Below are positions 39,259 through 50,715 of a stretch of DNA of 64,000 nt, piece by piece. Under the pieces are notes generated by a model, which was not told where the DNA came from, did no database searches, and saw nothing but the letters and a program-made list of their open reading frames with translations. Position 1 is the stretch's first letter. The number at the start of each line of letters is the position of its first letter. Source of the DNA: a virus. The stretch spans positions 1 through 64,000 of IMG/VR virus record IMGVR_UViG_3300049847_000663, one strand, 5' to 3'. The position numbers were made by a program, and so were the translations under genes.

Positions 39259-39906
39259 ATGTCCGAATTAAAATTAACACCAGAACAACAAAAAATAGCA
39301 GAAAAATATAAAACATTTTATAAAAATGTTAATTTATGTACAAAACCCGCGGATAGAGCTTTAGTTGAGGAAACTTTTAGAAAAATATATAAAAAACAAA
39401 AAGAAAATGGTGAAAATGTAAGCTTAAATCCCATATTTCATTGGGAAGATTCACCACTTAAAGGGGCTAAAAAAGTAATTGAGCTTTTAAAAGCGCACCC
39501 AGAAACTAAAGAAAAACATAAAGATTATGATGTAAACAAAAAAGCAGACATTACAAATATTTTAAGTTTTGCAAATTATGGTTCATTTGAAGCTTATTGG
39601 GTGGCTTATTATGATTTTGAAAATACAGTATTAAATAATAACAGAAATCAAGAAGAAGTAAATTTAACAAAAACAATCTGTCAAGAATGTGGCGTTTTCT
39701 GGACTTTTAATGAAAATATTATTATTACTGAAAAACCCATTAGAATTACAGTAAAAGATAATAAAATCCATTCTTATGACGGAGAAAAATGTATTGAATA
39801 TAAAGATGGAACTGGGATTTACGCAATTGATGGATTTCTTAAGAAAAGTCTCCTTGAAGCGGTACTTGATTCTTGTTATGAAGAGCCTAAAAATAATAAT
39901 TTATAA
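39259..39906 (+). CDS. DUF6745-like paralog without the repeat
   Basis: WEDSP; C-terminal IHSYDG...IEYKDGTGIYAIDGFLKKSLLE matches 38451-39227. Confidence 0.7.
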   Translation: MSELKLTPEQQKIAEKYKTFYKNVNLCTKPADRALVEETFRKIYKKQKENGENVSLNPIFHWEDSPLKGAKKVIELLKAHPETKEKHKDYDVNKKADITNILSFANYGSFEAYWVAYYDFENTVLNNNRNQEEVNLTKTICQECGVFWTFNENIIITEKPIRITVKDNKIHSYDGEKCIEYKDGTGIYAIDGFLKKSLLEAVLDSCYEEPKNNNL

Positions 39907-40151
39907 AGGATTTATATGACAAAAGAAGAAATTGAATTAGTTGAAAATGCTTTAAGACAAGACTGTCCTCCTGGAATGAAAGTTTTAGAAATTGTAACTA
40001 TTCAAAATAAAGTTAAATATTTTAATATGCCGGCCTTTTTAACCCATGTTAAGATTGAAGATGAAAAAACCGGCCTTCAAGGATCGGTTAGCCATAATAC
40101 ATTAAAAAGATTTAGAGAAATTAAGAAAAAAGAAAAATATAAGGATGTTTT

Positions 40152-40664
40152 ATGAAATCCATGCTTGAGCAAATAGAAGCGGCGGGGGCTTGGGAAGATC
40201 CACTGTTTAATTCCTTGGAACGATTTTTTTCTAAAATAAATATTCAAGAAGAAGATAGGTGCTGGGAATGGATAGGATGCAAAAACCGAAAAGGATACGG
40301 ATATATCGGTTTTAAAAATAGAAACTTTTTAGCACACAGGCTTATGAAATTTTTAGCAGAACCATACGAGTTTAAAAATCAAAAACTTTTGGTTTGTCAT
40401 CATTGTGATAATCCAAGTTGTGTAAATCCGAATCATTTATTTTTAGGGACTCACGCTGACAACCTGGCAGATATGTCAAAGAAAAAAAGACATTGGCTTG
40501 GAAAGAGAAGCCACTGCAAAAATGGGCATGAGCTTAACGAAGAAAACTCGCGACCTAGAAAGATCGGCGGTAGAAAATGTTTAATATGCTGTCGAAAAGC
40601 TAATGCTGCTTATAGGCGCAGACAAAAAGAAATCGCCGCGCTCGTGCCGAAGGGGGATGAATAA
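40152..40664 (+). CDS. HNH endonuclease
   Basis: CWEWIG...GYG...AHR...[16 protein letters not shown]; HCKNGH...CLIC. Confidence 0.85.
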   Translation: MKSMLEQIEAAGAWEDPLFNSLERFFSKINIQEEDRCWEWIGCKNRKGYGYIGFKNRNFLAHRLMKFLAEPYEFKNQKLLVCHHCDNPSCVNPNHLFLGTHADNLADMSKKKRHWLGKRSHCKNGHELNEENSRPRKIGGRKCLICCRKANAAYRRRQKEIAALVPKGDE

Positions 40665-43267
40665 TGAGAAGTAAAGATCATTGTGCGTTTCCTATAGTTG
40701 TAGACGACGCATCAACAAAACAAATGCTGCTAGATCTTTGCGACAAGCACAAAGAGATCATCGTGGAGTTGGTTGAAAGCTTAGAAGAAATAAACGAGCG
40801 CACTGTAGACGGGCCAGACGCTTGGCATAGAGCACAACAAGCCCTCGCAAAAGTCGAGGCGCGATTGAAACAAACCCACGGCGCGGAAGGATAGAGGATG
40901 AGTAATTTACTTAAGGAAACAATAGAATACTTAAAAAGAAACAATAAAACTCCTTCTGACGTACTTTGGTGCGGAAACACCGAATTTTATTTTTCGTGGG
41001 AAGTTTTCACAGAAATGGCGAACAAAGAATATAACGACGGCTATGGCGGTAATAACGTGCCTCTTGAGCTAAAGATCGTAGGTAAAGATTTTTGGCTTGA
41101 AAGACATGAATATGACGGATCAGAATGGTGGGAGTATAAAGAACTTCCAATGAAACCTGAATTGAATTCCGCTCCAAATGATTTATTCTGTGGTTCTTGC
41201 GACTTAGAACCCCAAGACAAAAAGGGCGAAGGATGAGTGAATCATGTACTTACTGCGAAAATAAAATCTGCGGCTGTTGCTGTGAAAACGGTAAGTTTGG
41301 CGACGGCCACGAATGTAGAAAGCAGCCTGACACCACCCCAAAGCCCACACAGAGCGATAGCGACGAAAGTCGCCGCTCCCTCGACGAGCGAAGGGATGAG
41401 CTGGCTAAAAAAGAAATCTTTGAAGCTATGTCACAGGACACGCTTGAGACGATGTTTAAAAAAGGCTGGGACGCCGCCATAACCGAGATGCAGGCGGAAT
41501 TTGAACGGCTGTGTGGTGTGCAAAATTGCCCATCTTGCGGAGAGCAGATGCAATGGACACCAGACGACTACAAAACATTCAAAGCTACTGAAATAGAAAA
41601 CCAAAAGCTGCGTGAGGCGCTTGAGTTTGCAATCGAATATTTAGAGCCAAGACTTGCAAATAAACACGGTTCGCGTGGCCTAAAGGTAATATTACCTGCA
41701 TTGAAAAAAGTCCTGGAGGGGAAATGAGTGAGCACGAAAAGGTAACTAAAGACATAATTCCCCACGCTCAAATGATCTCTATGTACATTGGTCAGTGGCG
41801 TAGAGTTGATGGAGAATACACCAAAGCCCTAGATCTCCTGCGCGAGGTCTCAACTTATCTTAACGACAAGATTGCAGTTTTACCTTGCGAAAGTCGCCAG
41901 CGAGATTTACCAGAGGATGAGTGGGGGCACTTAATGTTTTTAAGAGACAAGCTCGACAAGTTTTTAGGGAGAGATGCATAAAAGATGGAAATTTATAAAT
42001 GTCTAGTGTGCGGGGTGCAGAACTGGAAGCATTCAATAGTAAGCTGTGAAGGATGCAAACCGCATCCTGCCGTAGAATGTATAAATTGTAAAACGCAATG
42101 GGATAATTTGCATGGAAGTATAATTTATGAAGCGGTTTGTAAAAGTTACGGAGTGAACAACTCAAGAGATATAAATAAAAAGCTTGATGAGTTTTTAGGA
42201 GAAGGAAATGAATAAATTAAAAGAAATTATCGATAAATGGTCTCAAGAAGGAATTAGATTCCCATTCGCTTATGATAACGAAGGTGGAAAAGGAAGTGCA
42301 ACTCTTTTATTTTACTACGTTTTTAGTGTATTTTTAATTATATCTTTAATTCTTCTTCATTTTAATATAGAATATACCATGGCAACTTGTGTAACAGCTA
42401 TGGTTTGGATTATTTCTTATATTTGCTATAGAGTTAGAAAAATTGATAAGTTTAAACTAGATTTAGATGATAAGAGTCTAGAGGTTGAAGCGGATGACGC
42501 GGATTGATTTTACTAATATATATCATCATTATAATTCAAATTTATACATTGATGAACTTGATATATTAAATAATATAATTTTTTATAAAAAGCCGGGAAA
42601 TTATTTTTTAATTGGATTTTTTAAACAGGATATTGATTATTATGAATAAAGTTAAAGTATTTAGAAAACGATGCCAAAATTGGGAAGTTGAGGAGAGAAT
42701 CATATTTATAACAATGTGCTATAAAATATGGACACGTTGTGATTATACATATACTACGTATTTAGATGGTATTTTTGTTTATGATGGTGATTTTTATGGC
42801 TAAAAGAAAAAGAATTGAATATACAAAACACCCAGAAGATCCCAACATTTGGATTTCATGTGAAATTTCTTTAAAAAAGAAACGAGTGCGCGCTGTTATA
42901 AACTGGCATAATCACACTTTTGAAATTATGGATTCAATTGGGGAATCTGTTTTTAGTGGAGAAAAAACTGGAGAAGACTACGAATCTCTTCTTAGACGAG
43001 TTAAGCGTGTATTAATTAAACTTGGAGCTAAAGTTGAAAAGAAAAAAGTTAAACCTAAGCAAAAGTAGTTATACTCGAATTAGAGAAGCTGCGTTAAATA
43101 GCTATAAAACTGCGGTAGTTACATCTGACTTAACTGATGTATTTCTTTCAGCTTGTTGGACAAGCGCCGTAGTTATTGAACTTCAAAAATTAGGATTAAT
43201 GGAAGAAATTGACTGGACGTCTATTGATTTAAAACAAAATATAAACGTGGAAAGTGACGATGAATAA
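40664..43267 (+). other. Array of small hypothetical CDS, including a 2-TM membrane protein (42208-42507)
   Basis: Overlapping same-strand ORFs; locally higher GC at about 40.6-42.0 kb. Confidence 0.6.
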
Positions 43268-43390
43268 AATTATAGTTTGTAGAACTAAAACTTTAGTACC
43301 ATCGTCTTTTGATATGAAATATCCGGTGTGCATGATATATGATTTGTATCCATTGAACATAATAAATTTATTCAGACATGGGTTTTTCGT

Positions 43391-44245
43391 ATGATAAAAT
43401 TATCTCACTCAGCTAAAGAACTTTATAAAAGATGCCCTAAAGCTTATTACATTCATTACATGCTTAACTTAAGAAAAAAAGTTGTAGGATCGGCGCTGCC
43501 GTTTGGTTCAGCTATCGATGCTGCTCTTGAAGTTCTTCTTAAAGAAAAAGATTTAGTAAAAGCTAAGGAAATTTTTAAAACTAAATGGTTTACCTTTGAA
43601 ATTAATAAAAAACCGGTAAATGGACCAGAAACAACCCAAATACGTTATTATAAGGCCGATATGGACCCGGCAATGTTTGAGGAAGGTGAAGTTACCACTC
43701 AACACGAAAGTCTTTATAGAAAAGGAATAATGTTTCTAGAGGCTTATAAAGATCAGGTGGTCCCAAAAGTTAAAAAGGTTTTAGGCACGCAAATCCCAAT
43801 ATCTATTAAAAACGCAACGGGAGACGAAATAGTTGGATTTATTGACTTAAAATGTGAATGGGAAGATGGTCGAATCTTAATCGTTGATAATAAAACTTCA
43901 AGTCGAGCCTATAAAACTGATATAATTCAAACAATTGACGCTAGCCAGCTGGCCTTATATGGGTTTGCCGATAAAGAACATGATGCTTTAGCTTATTTTG
44001 TTATTAATAAAGAAATTAGGAAGAAAAAAGAACCTAGGGTTGTTATTCAAACTATTATAGACAAAGCACCAAAAGAAGTAATTGAAAAAACTCTTGACAG
44101 TTTCGATCAAACGTTATATAACATAAGAAATGGTTTATTTCCTTCAAATAATCCTGACTGTTTTGCTTACGGAGAAGAATGTACTTGTCAGCTATTTGAA
44201 CGAGAAGGCTACACCGCTTTTGATTATGTCGGAAAGGACAAATAA
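43391..44245 (+). CDS. PD-(D/E)XK exonuclease (Cas4/RecB-like)
   Basis: LSHS...CP; GFIDL...IVDNKT; QLALY; C-terminal Cys residues. Confidence 0.85.
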   Translation: MIKLSHSAKELYKRCPKAYYIHYMLNLRKKVVGSALPFGSAIDAALEVLLKEKDLVKAKEIFKTKWFTFEINKKPVNGPETTQIRYYKADMDPAMFEEGEVTTQHESLYRKGIMFLEAYKDQVVPKVKKVLGTQIPISIKNATGDEIVGFIDLKCEWEDGRILIVDNKTSSRAYKTDIIQTIDASQLALYGFADKEHDALAYFVINKEIRKKKEPRVVIQTIIDKAPKEVIEKTLDSFDQTLYNIRNGLFPSNNPDCFAYGEECTCQLFEREGYTAFDYVGKDK

Positions 44246-44585
44246 TGAGCACCAATCAAACTAAGAATAAGGATATTTTAAAAACTATTTCTGAGCGTTT
44301 TATTAAACCTAAAGTTACAGAAGATTCAGTAACTGAAGTTAAAACTGAAACGGTCCCACAACACATTGAAGTTACCCCAACAAAAAAACATATAGCTTTT
44401 GATGTTATTTCTATGGGAAAAGATTATTTAATTGTTGAAATTGAATACGATCTTAACACTATGACTTCTACTTTACTTTCATCAACTCCTCTGGATAACC
44501 GAGTAGCGGGTCTTTCTTTTCAACACGGAAAAAGCGGTCTTGAAGGTGTAGTTAATAGAACGAAACGAATGAAGGAAGGTAAAAA

Positions 44586-45119
44586 ATGAGCAATTTGATT
44601 TACAAAAAAATGTCAGAAGTAATGATGGATGTAGGATCTATTTCTAAAGATCAAACTAATTCAGCTCAGGGTTTTAAATTTAGAGGAATTGACCAGTTTG
44701 TAAACGCTCTTTATCCAGCATTAACTAAACATGGTGTTTTTATGACACCCCGCACTACTCAATATGAAACCGAACTTAGAGAAGTAACTCGTTCTAATGG
44801 AAAGTCTGGAGTAGATAAACATGTAAAGTTAATGGTGGAGTATGACTTTTTTGCAGAAGATGGATCTAAAGTTACAGTTGGGCCAATTGCAGCGGAAGGT
44901 TTGGACTCAGGGGATAAAGCTACTAACAAGGCATTAAGTGCCGCTTTAAAGTACGCTTTAATTCAAACATTTAGTATCCCGACAGTAGACATGGTTGATA
45001 GTGACAGTGATAGCCCTGAAATTACGACAACTAAAACAACACAAGTAAAAACAGTAACGTCTAACGGTAAACTTGATTCAAAATCTTCATTCTCTAACGG
45101 AACGACAAAGGCATTTTAA
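44586..45119 (+). CDS. erf: ERF-family single-strand annealing protein
   Basis: QGFKFRGID...GLDSGDKATNKALSAALKYAL...DSD. Confidence 0.85.
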   Translation: MSNLIYKKMSEVMMDVGSISKDQTNSAQGFKFRGIDQFVNALYPALTKHGVFMTPRTTQYETELREVTRSNGKSGVDKHVKLMVEYDFFAEDGSKVTVGPIAAEGLDSGDKATNKALSAALKYALIQTFSIPTVDMVDSDSDSPEITTTKTTQVKTVTSNGKLDSKSSFSNGTTKAF

Positions 45120-45413
45120 TGAGCGAACAAAAACAAACAATCCAAGATCCAGAAAAAGAATATGAAGCCGCCAGACATTTATTTCACACTGAAACTTATC
45201 AAAATCAATTAGCGACTATTGTAAACGGTATGGCTCAAAAAAAAGGTAAAGGAATTGGTCGAGTACTTAGAAAATTGGTTCTTGAGCCAATGGACGGAGT
45301 AAACGGCGCTCCAGTAGAACTTTTAGGAGACGACGAAAGAAGTCTTTATGAGTACTGCAAAGAGATTATGTACGCAAAAGGTGTAATTGTTAGAAATCAT
45401 ATTAATTCGTTAA

Positions 45414-45896
45414 ATGAAGAAAATAAAGGAGAAACAAATGGGTAAATGGGCAAAAATCGGAAATGTAGTAAAATCTAAAGAAAATAATGGACAGTATATT
45501 AAGTTTGCTGATAATATTACAGTTCTTAAAGACAGCGAAGAAATGGATATGAACGTTTCTCGAACTGCAAATATTATAATGTTTGAAGCTACTGGAATGG
45601 TTCTTGGGGAAATTCTTATTAAAAAAGAAAAGATTGCGGAGATTCGCAAAGGAAAAGAAGGTAAACCTAATTATGTTAGTTTTGATAAAAATGTAAGTTT
45701 TAAGGTAGACGCGGTTCCATTTAAAGCGAATAAAGATAATGTTGCGCACTTACAAGATCCCGTTCAGAATTTAGAAAAACTTATTAAACTAGGTAAAGTT
45801 AAAGAAGAAGACGTTGAATCTCGACGAAAAAAAGTAGAACAAATCGCCACATGGCTCATTTATGAAGTAGTTGCTCCTGACAATACGACAAAATAA
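45414..45896 (+). CDS. Hypothetical protein with internal duplication (possible ssDNA-binding protein)
   Basis: Two similar halves (YIKFADNI / YVSFDKNV); located in the recombination operon; start probably 45438. Confidence 0.45.
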   Translation: MKKIKEKQMGKWAKIGNVVKSKENNGQYIKFADNITVLKDSEEMDMNVSRTANIIMFEATGMVLGEILIKKEKIAEIRKGKEGKPNYVSFDKNVSFKVDAVPFKANKDNVAHLQDPVQNLEKLIKLGKVKEEDVESRRKKVEQIATWLIYEVVAPDNTTK

Positions 45897-45930
45897 GATT
45901 ACTTCGTAAAATCTCCCTCCTTTAGTTTGG

Positions 45931-45959
45931 GGGCAGGGGTAAAATCCTGCCCTTTTTTT
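45931..45959 (+). terminator. Intrinsic terminator
   Basis: GGGCAGG...CCTGCCC followed by T7. Confidence 0.85.
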
Positions 45960-45961
45960 AT

Positions 45962-45990
45962 TTGTAAAAATTTATATCTAGTGGTATAAT
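45962..45990 (+). promoter_or_regulatory. Sigma70-type promoter, probably leaderless
   Basis: TTGTAA-17-TATAAT with extended TG, 7 nt before the ATG at 45998, no SD. Confidence 0.7.
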
Positions 45991-45997
45991 AATTTTA

Positions 45998-47983
45998 ATG
46001 AAACAGGAGAAAAGAATGTACGTTAGACTTACTCGTGGCTTAGCTGATGTCGGCACCTTAATTCCTAAGAATGAAAATCCATTCAATTACATTAAAAATT
46101 TTGACGAAGATTATTATCTCTCTCTTTACGAATATACAGAAGAGCAAAAAAATCAAGCAGAAGAAGTTATTTTAATAACTGACGAAGCTAAGGGTTCAAG
46201 CTATAAAAGACAGCGCGGAGTTAGCGGAATCAACAACGTAGTTACTGACTGCTTAGCTTTTGATTTTGACTCTAAGGATCTAGAAGTTGCCCGAAAAGAT
46301 ACTGTAGTTTTAGTTGATAGATTGATTGATTATGGGATTGATAAGAATTCAATTAAGGTTTCGTTTTCAGGTAATAAAGGATTCTCTGTAGTTGTTAATC
46401 ATGACACCGAACTTAGTCCTGAAAAGCATAAACAAATCGCTAAAGCTTTAGCTGGAGACCTTGAAACTTTTGACACTAAAATTTATAATGCTTCTCGCAT
46501 TTTTCGTTTGGATTACACTCGTCACGGAGAAACTCATCTTTATAAAACTCCTTTGAACATAAGCAATCTAAAATCATTAACGATTGATTCAATTAAAAAA
46601 CAAGCAAAGAATAAAAAAGATCCCTACTATGAAAAAACTTTAACTAAACTTCCCGAAAAACTTCTAGCAATTAAAGAACAAGAAGTACCTAAATCCTTAG
46701 TTGAACTGGACATAAAGGAAGAGATCGATTTTTCTAGTAGACCTAACTTTTTGACACAAGCCAAGTTTGTTCTTCATAAAGGATTCATTCCTGAAGGCTA
46801 TGGTAATACAGCTTTTATGATTTTAGCCGCCACTTATAAGAAAGCCGGTTTCGATAGGAACGACGCTTTTAATATGCTTTGGTCAGTTAATGAGAAACGC
46901 GCTGCTATTTACGGCGAAGCTAAAAAACGGTCTGAAGACGAAATAATGACTCAGGTTATTAACGTTGTTTACAGCGACTCCTGGCAAGGGGGAACTTATT
47001 CCGAAAAGGATAACGAGCTTTTAGCTAGCATTAATGAGAAATATCAAGTTAAAGCTGAAAAAAGCGATTCAAAACTCGTTTCTTTAAATGATGTAACTGG
47101 TATTTTTAAAGATTTTGCTGAAAATATTGATAAAAATACAATTAAAATTGGAATTAAAACTATTGATGATAATGTTAGAATGACGACTTCAATGTTGGTT
47201 GAACTATTGGCAGCACCTTCGGCAGGAAAAAGTTCTATTACCTTTGGTATCCTTGAAAGTCTTTCTTCAATGAATATCGACTCTATGTTTTTATCTTTAG
47301 ATATGGGAGCGCCTTTAGTTTATCAAAGATTGGTACAAAGAGCATTAGGGTTCTCTGGAGATAAAATCTTTGCTGCCTTTAGAAATAAAGATACAGGAAG
47401 AATTCTTCAAATACAAAGAAGCGTAAGTGATAAATATAAAAATGTTAGTTTTTGTTTTAGATCCGGTATTACAGTTTCTGATATTAGATTAATGTTAGAA
47501 GAAGAGCGTAAAAACGGAAGAAATATCAAATTCTTAGCAATTGACTATTTAGAGTGTTTACAAGGTCCATATAGCGATTCTACTGCGAACAAAGGATTTT
47601 TAGCTCAACAATTAAAAGATATTGCTAATGATTTCGAATTGTGTTTATTTCTTTTAGTTCAACCTCAGAAGCACGCTGGAGATCCCTCAGACGAATTAAA
47701 TAGTTATCGGCTCGTCAAAGGAAGCTCAGTTTTGGAGGAACAGGCCTCAATAATTCTTTCCATGCATAGACCGGGCTTTGATCCTCAACACGTTGACGAC
47801 GATAATTTTTTAAATATTACGGTACTTAAAAACCGAATGGGACAACTTGGAAGTTACGATTTTAATTGGGACGGTTTGCGCGGATCAATTACTGAAATGT
47901 CTCCAGAAGATCGGGCCACTCTTAAAACTTTACGAGAACAAGTTAGTTTGCGTAAAAAAGCAAAAGAAGAGAAGCCTTTTTAA
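45998..47983 (+). CDS. Primase (AEP)-helicase (DnaB-like SF4) fusion
   Basis: FDFDS and SFSGNKG AEP motifs; AAPSAGKS, FLSLDMG, IDYLE and KNRMG helicase motifs. Confidence 0.85.
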   Translation: MKQEKRMYVRLTRGLADVGTLIPKNENPFNYIKNFDEDYYLSLYEYTEEQKNQAEEVILITDEAKGSSYKRQRGVSGINNVVTDCLAFDFDSKDLEVARKDTVVLVDRLIDYGIDKNSIKVSFSGNKGFSVVVNHDTELSPEKHKQIAKALAGDLETFDTKIYNASRIFRLDYTRHGETHLYKTPLNISNLKSLTIDSIKKQAKNKKDPYYEKTLTKLPEKLLAIKEQEVPKSLVELDIKEEIDFSSRPNFLTQAKFVLHKGFIPEGYGNTAFMILAATYKKAGFDRNDAFNMLWSVNEKRAAIYGEAKKRSEDEIMTQVINVVYSDSWQGGTYSEKDNELLASINEKYQVKAEKSDSKLVSLNDVTGIFKDFAENIDKNTIKIGIKTIDDNVRMTTSMLVELLAAPSAGKSSITFGILESLSSMNIDSMFLSLDMGAPLVYQRLVQRALGFSGDKIFAAFRNKDTGRILQIQRSVSDKYKNVSFCFRSGITVSDIRLMLEEERKNGRNIKFLAIDYLECLQGPYSDSTANKGFLAQQLKDIANDFELCLFLLVQPQKHAGDPSDELNSYRLVKGSSVLEEQASIILSMHRPGFDPQHVDDDNFLNITVLKNRMGQLGSYDFNWDGLRGSITEMSPEDRATLKTLREQVSLRKKAKEEKPF

Positions 47984-50475
47984 TGACAACAATTGATTTC
48001 GGTAAATACAAAGGTAAATCAATCTCCGACGTAGAGGAATCCTATTTACGTTGGGGAGCCGAGAATCTTAATAACCAATGGAAAGAAGTCTTTAAAAGTG
48101 AACTCGTTCTTAGGTCAGCTAAAAAGATATTAAAAAATCACAGCAATACTTTGTCAAAACTATCCGATAGAACTTATGACCCTTTAATCTTTGGTAAAGA
48201 TTCCACCGAGTACATCACAAACATTTCGTTCAAAGATAATAAAATCTACAAGTATTTATTAACTGGAATTGTTATTGAAGAAGATTACAAGCCTTGGTAT
48301 TTAAATATAAATCGAGAAGGAACTAAGCTAAAAGGTCCTCAGTTTTATAATTATATTAATCATGTAGATTTTGATGAGTACGCAGAATTAAGTTCAAGAT
48401 GGGATAAAAGTAAATGGTTTCCTAGAAGTATCGAAGAAGGTTACATGATGCTTACGGGGACCACTTTATTTAAAAATATGAAGATCTCAGAAGTAAGTCT
48501 TCATTCATTCGACATTGAAACTACCGGGGTCGATCCTGAAGATAAAAACGCCAAGGTTCTTTTAATTTCAAATACAGTTAAAAAGAATGGTACTTTAACT
48601 AACAAGCTTTTTGATATAAAAGATTACGAAACCGAAGAAGCGATGATAAATGATTGGTGCGCTTTTGTTAGAGAGTCTAACTGTGACGTTTTAATCGGGC
48701 ATAACATTTTTAGCTTCGATTTACCTTATCTAGCTCGTTATGAATTAAACATAGGTCGAGATGGGAGCTCTCTTAAATTTAGCGAGAAGTCATCTAAAAA
48801 GCGTAAAGACGGAAGTCAATCTTACGAATACCACGAAGCTTATTGTCATGGACGAAGTATTGTTGATAGTATGTTTTTATCTATTACTTATGACATCGGT
48901 CGAGCGTTTCCAAGCTACGGATTAAAACCAATTGAAAAACATTTAAAACTAGTTGATGAAAATCGTATTGAATGGGATTTTGATAAATACCCAGCTAGAC
49001 TTATAATAGACAATGAAGAATTGTGGGCTAAGTTTCGGGAATATTGTAAACAAGATAGCGACTCTCCAATTAAGATGTTTGAAATTATGGCTCCAAGTTT
49101 TTTTTATATGAATCAATCGGTTCCTAAAACATTTCAACAAATGATTAATGAAGCGACGGGAAGTCAGCTCGATTCAATGATGATTCGATCCTATCTTCAA
49201 GACGGGAATAGTATTCCTAAGACGTCACCTAAAGTAGAGTTTGAAGGCGCGATCTCTATGGGGATTCCTGGTGTGTATACTGCTGGGCGTAAAATTGATA
49301 TAGTTTCTATGTATCCAAGTATAATGCTTGAGTACGATATTTATGATAAACAAAAAGATCCGAATAAACATTTAATTAAAATTTTAGAATATTTTAGGAA
49401 CGAGCGTATTTTTAATAAAAAAAGATTTAAAGAAACTTCAGATAAATATTTTGATGATTTGCAAGGTAGCCAAAAAATTGCGATAAATTCGTTGTATGGA
49501 TACCTTGGGGCTGGCTATTTGCTTTTTAATTATCCCGAAGGTGCCGCAGAGGTAACTAGACACGGAAGAGAAATTATTCAAAATGCTATTTTATGGGCAA
49601 CGGGATATTCAATTAAAAAAGATATTAAAAAAACGCGTAATAAAGGTAAAGAAAACGAAGAAAACGAAATGCATTGGATTCTAGATAAAAAAATCCAAGA
49701 AGGAAAAGGCTATTCATTAATAAATACAGACACTGATAGTATAACCTATACCAACAAAATTACCCCCACAAAAGAAGAGTTTAAAAGAGAAATTGACGAA
49801 ATTAACACAACACTTCCTTCAAATATAGTTTTTGAAGATGACAGCGTTTACGATAAATTGATTGTATCAAAAGCCAAAAACTACATAATGAAAAAGAATC
49901 CCAATTGGTGTAAACCCGATGATTTTGATCTAAACGGTAATGTTAAACTGACAATCAAAGGATCTTCTTTTAAGAGTTCAAACAAAGAACCCGCACTAAA
50001 AGAGTTTCAAATTACAGTAGTTAACGAAATGTTAGGAAACAACGATCTTAATGTTATCAAAACTATTTATAAAAAATATATAGAAGAAGCTAAAAACATC
50101 AAAGACATATCCCGATGGACTACAAAAAAGACTTATACTGAAAAAGTAGAAGAAAGTGAACGCGCTAACGAAACCAAAGTTATGGACGCAATTAAGGAAG
50201 GTTTAGATAAAGGGGTTTTAAAATCCATTCAACAAGGCGACAAGATCTATCTTTACCAAACTATTAACGGGACTAAACAAAAGAAAGCAAAAGGAGAATT
50301 TCTTTTTTATAAGAAAACTGGCCTTCCAATAATGGAACCCAATAGAATCCTTAGACTTTATGCTTTATTTAATAATGACGCTGATTCAGAACATTACGAA
50401 GATCGAGTAAAAGCCACCCTTGAGATCCTAAGCTCGGTTTTACCTGTTAAGGAAATTATTAATGAAGATATATGA
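47983..50475 (+). CDS. polB: Family B DNA polymerase
   Basis: Exonuclease motifs FDIET, GHNIFSFDL and YCKQD; polymerase motifs DIVSMYPS, KIAINSLYG and DTDS. Confidence 0.95.
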   Translation: MTTIDFGKYKGKSISDVEESYLRWGAENLNNQWKEVFKSELVLRSAKKILKNHSNTLSKLSDRTYDPLIFGKDSTEYITNISFKDNKIYKYLLTGIVIEEDYKPWYLNINREGTKLKGPQFYNYINHVDFDEYAELSSRWDKSKWFPRSIEEGYMMLTGTTLFKNMKISEVSLHSFDIETTGVDPEDKNAKVLLISNTVKKNGTLTNKLFDIKDYETEEAMINDWCAFVRESNCDVLIGHNIFSFDLPYLARYELNIGRDGSSLKFSEKSSKKRKDGSQSYEYHEAYCHGRSIVDSMFLSITYDIGRAFPSYGLKPIEKHLKLVDENRIEWDFDKYPARLIIDNEELWAKFREYCKQDSDSPIKMFEIMAPSFFYMNQSVPKTFQQMINEATGSQLDSMMIRSYLQDGNSIPKTSPKVEFEGAISMGIPGVYTAGRKIDIVSMYPSIMLEYDIYDKQKDPNKHLIKILEYFRNERIFNKKRFKETSDKYFDDLQGSQKIAINSLYGYLGAGYLLFNYPEGAAEVTRHGREIIQNAILWATGYSIKKDIKKTRNKGKENEENEMHWILDKKIQEGKGYSLINTDTDSITYTNKITPTKEEFKREIDEINTTLPSNIVFEDDSVYDKLIVSKAKNYIMKKNPNWCKPDDFDLNGNVKLTIKGSSFKSSNKEPALKEFQITVVNEMLGNNDLNVIKTIYKKYIEEAKNIKDISRWTTKKTYTEKVEESERANETKVMDAIKEGLDKGVLKSIQQGDKIYLYQTINGTKQKKAKGEFLFYKKTGLPIMEPNRILRLYALFNNDADSEHYEDRVKATLEILSSVLPVKEIINEDI

Positions 50476-50715
50476 CCTTTACGCTTATAAACAAGCTAAA
50501 GCGAAACTTGAGCGTTATGAGCCTCATTATAACTATTTATGTAAAGTTAGTGACTATTTGTTTAAAAACTTGCAATTACCTGGAGTTTTTGATATAATTG
50601 AACAAGTGGAATCTCAAAAAGTCGCGTATTATATTGAAATTAGTGAATGTAAACGTATAATTAATGGTAAATCTTTAAAAAATCAAGTAATACTTTTAAA
50701 ACGGGATGAGAAATA

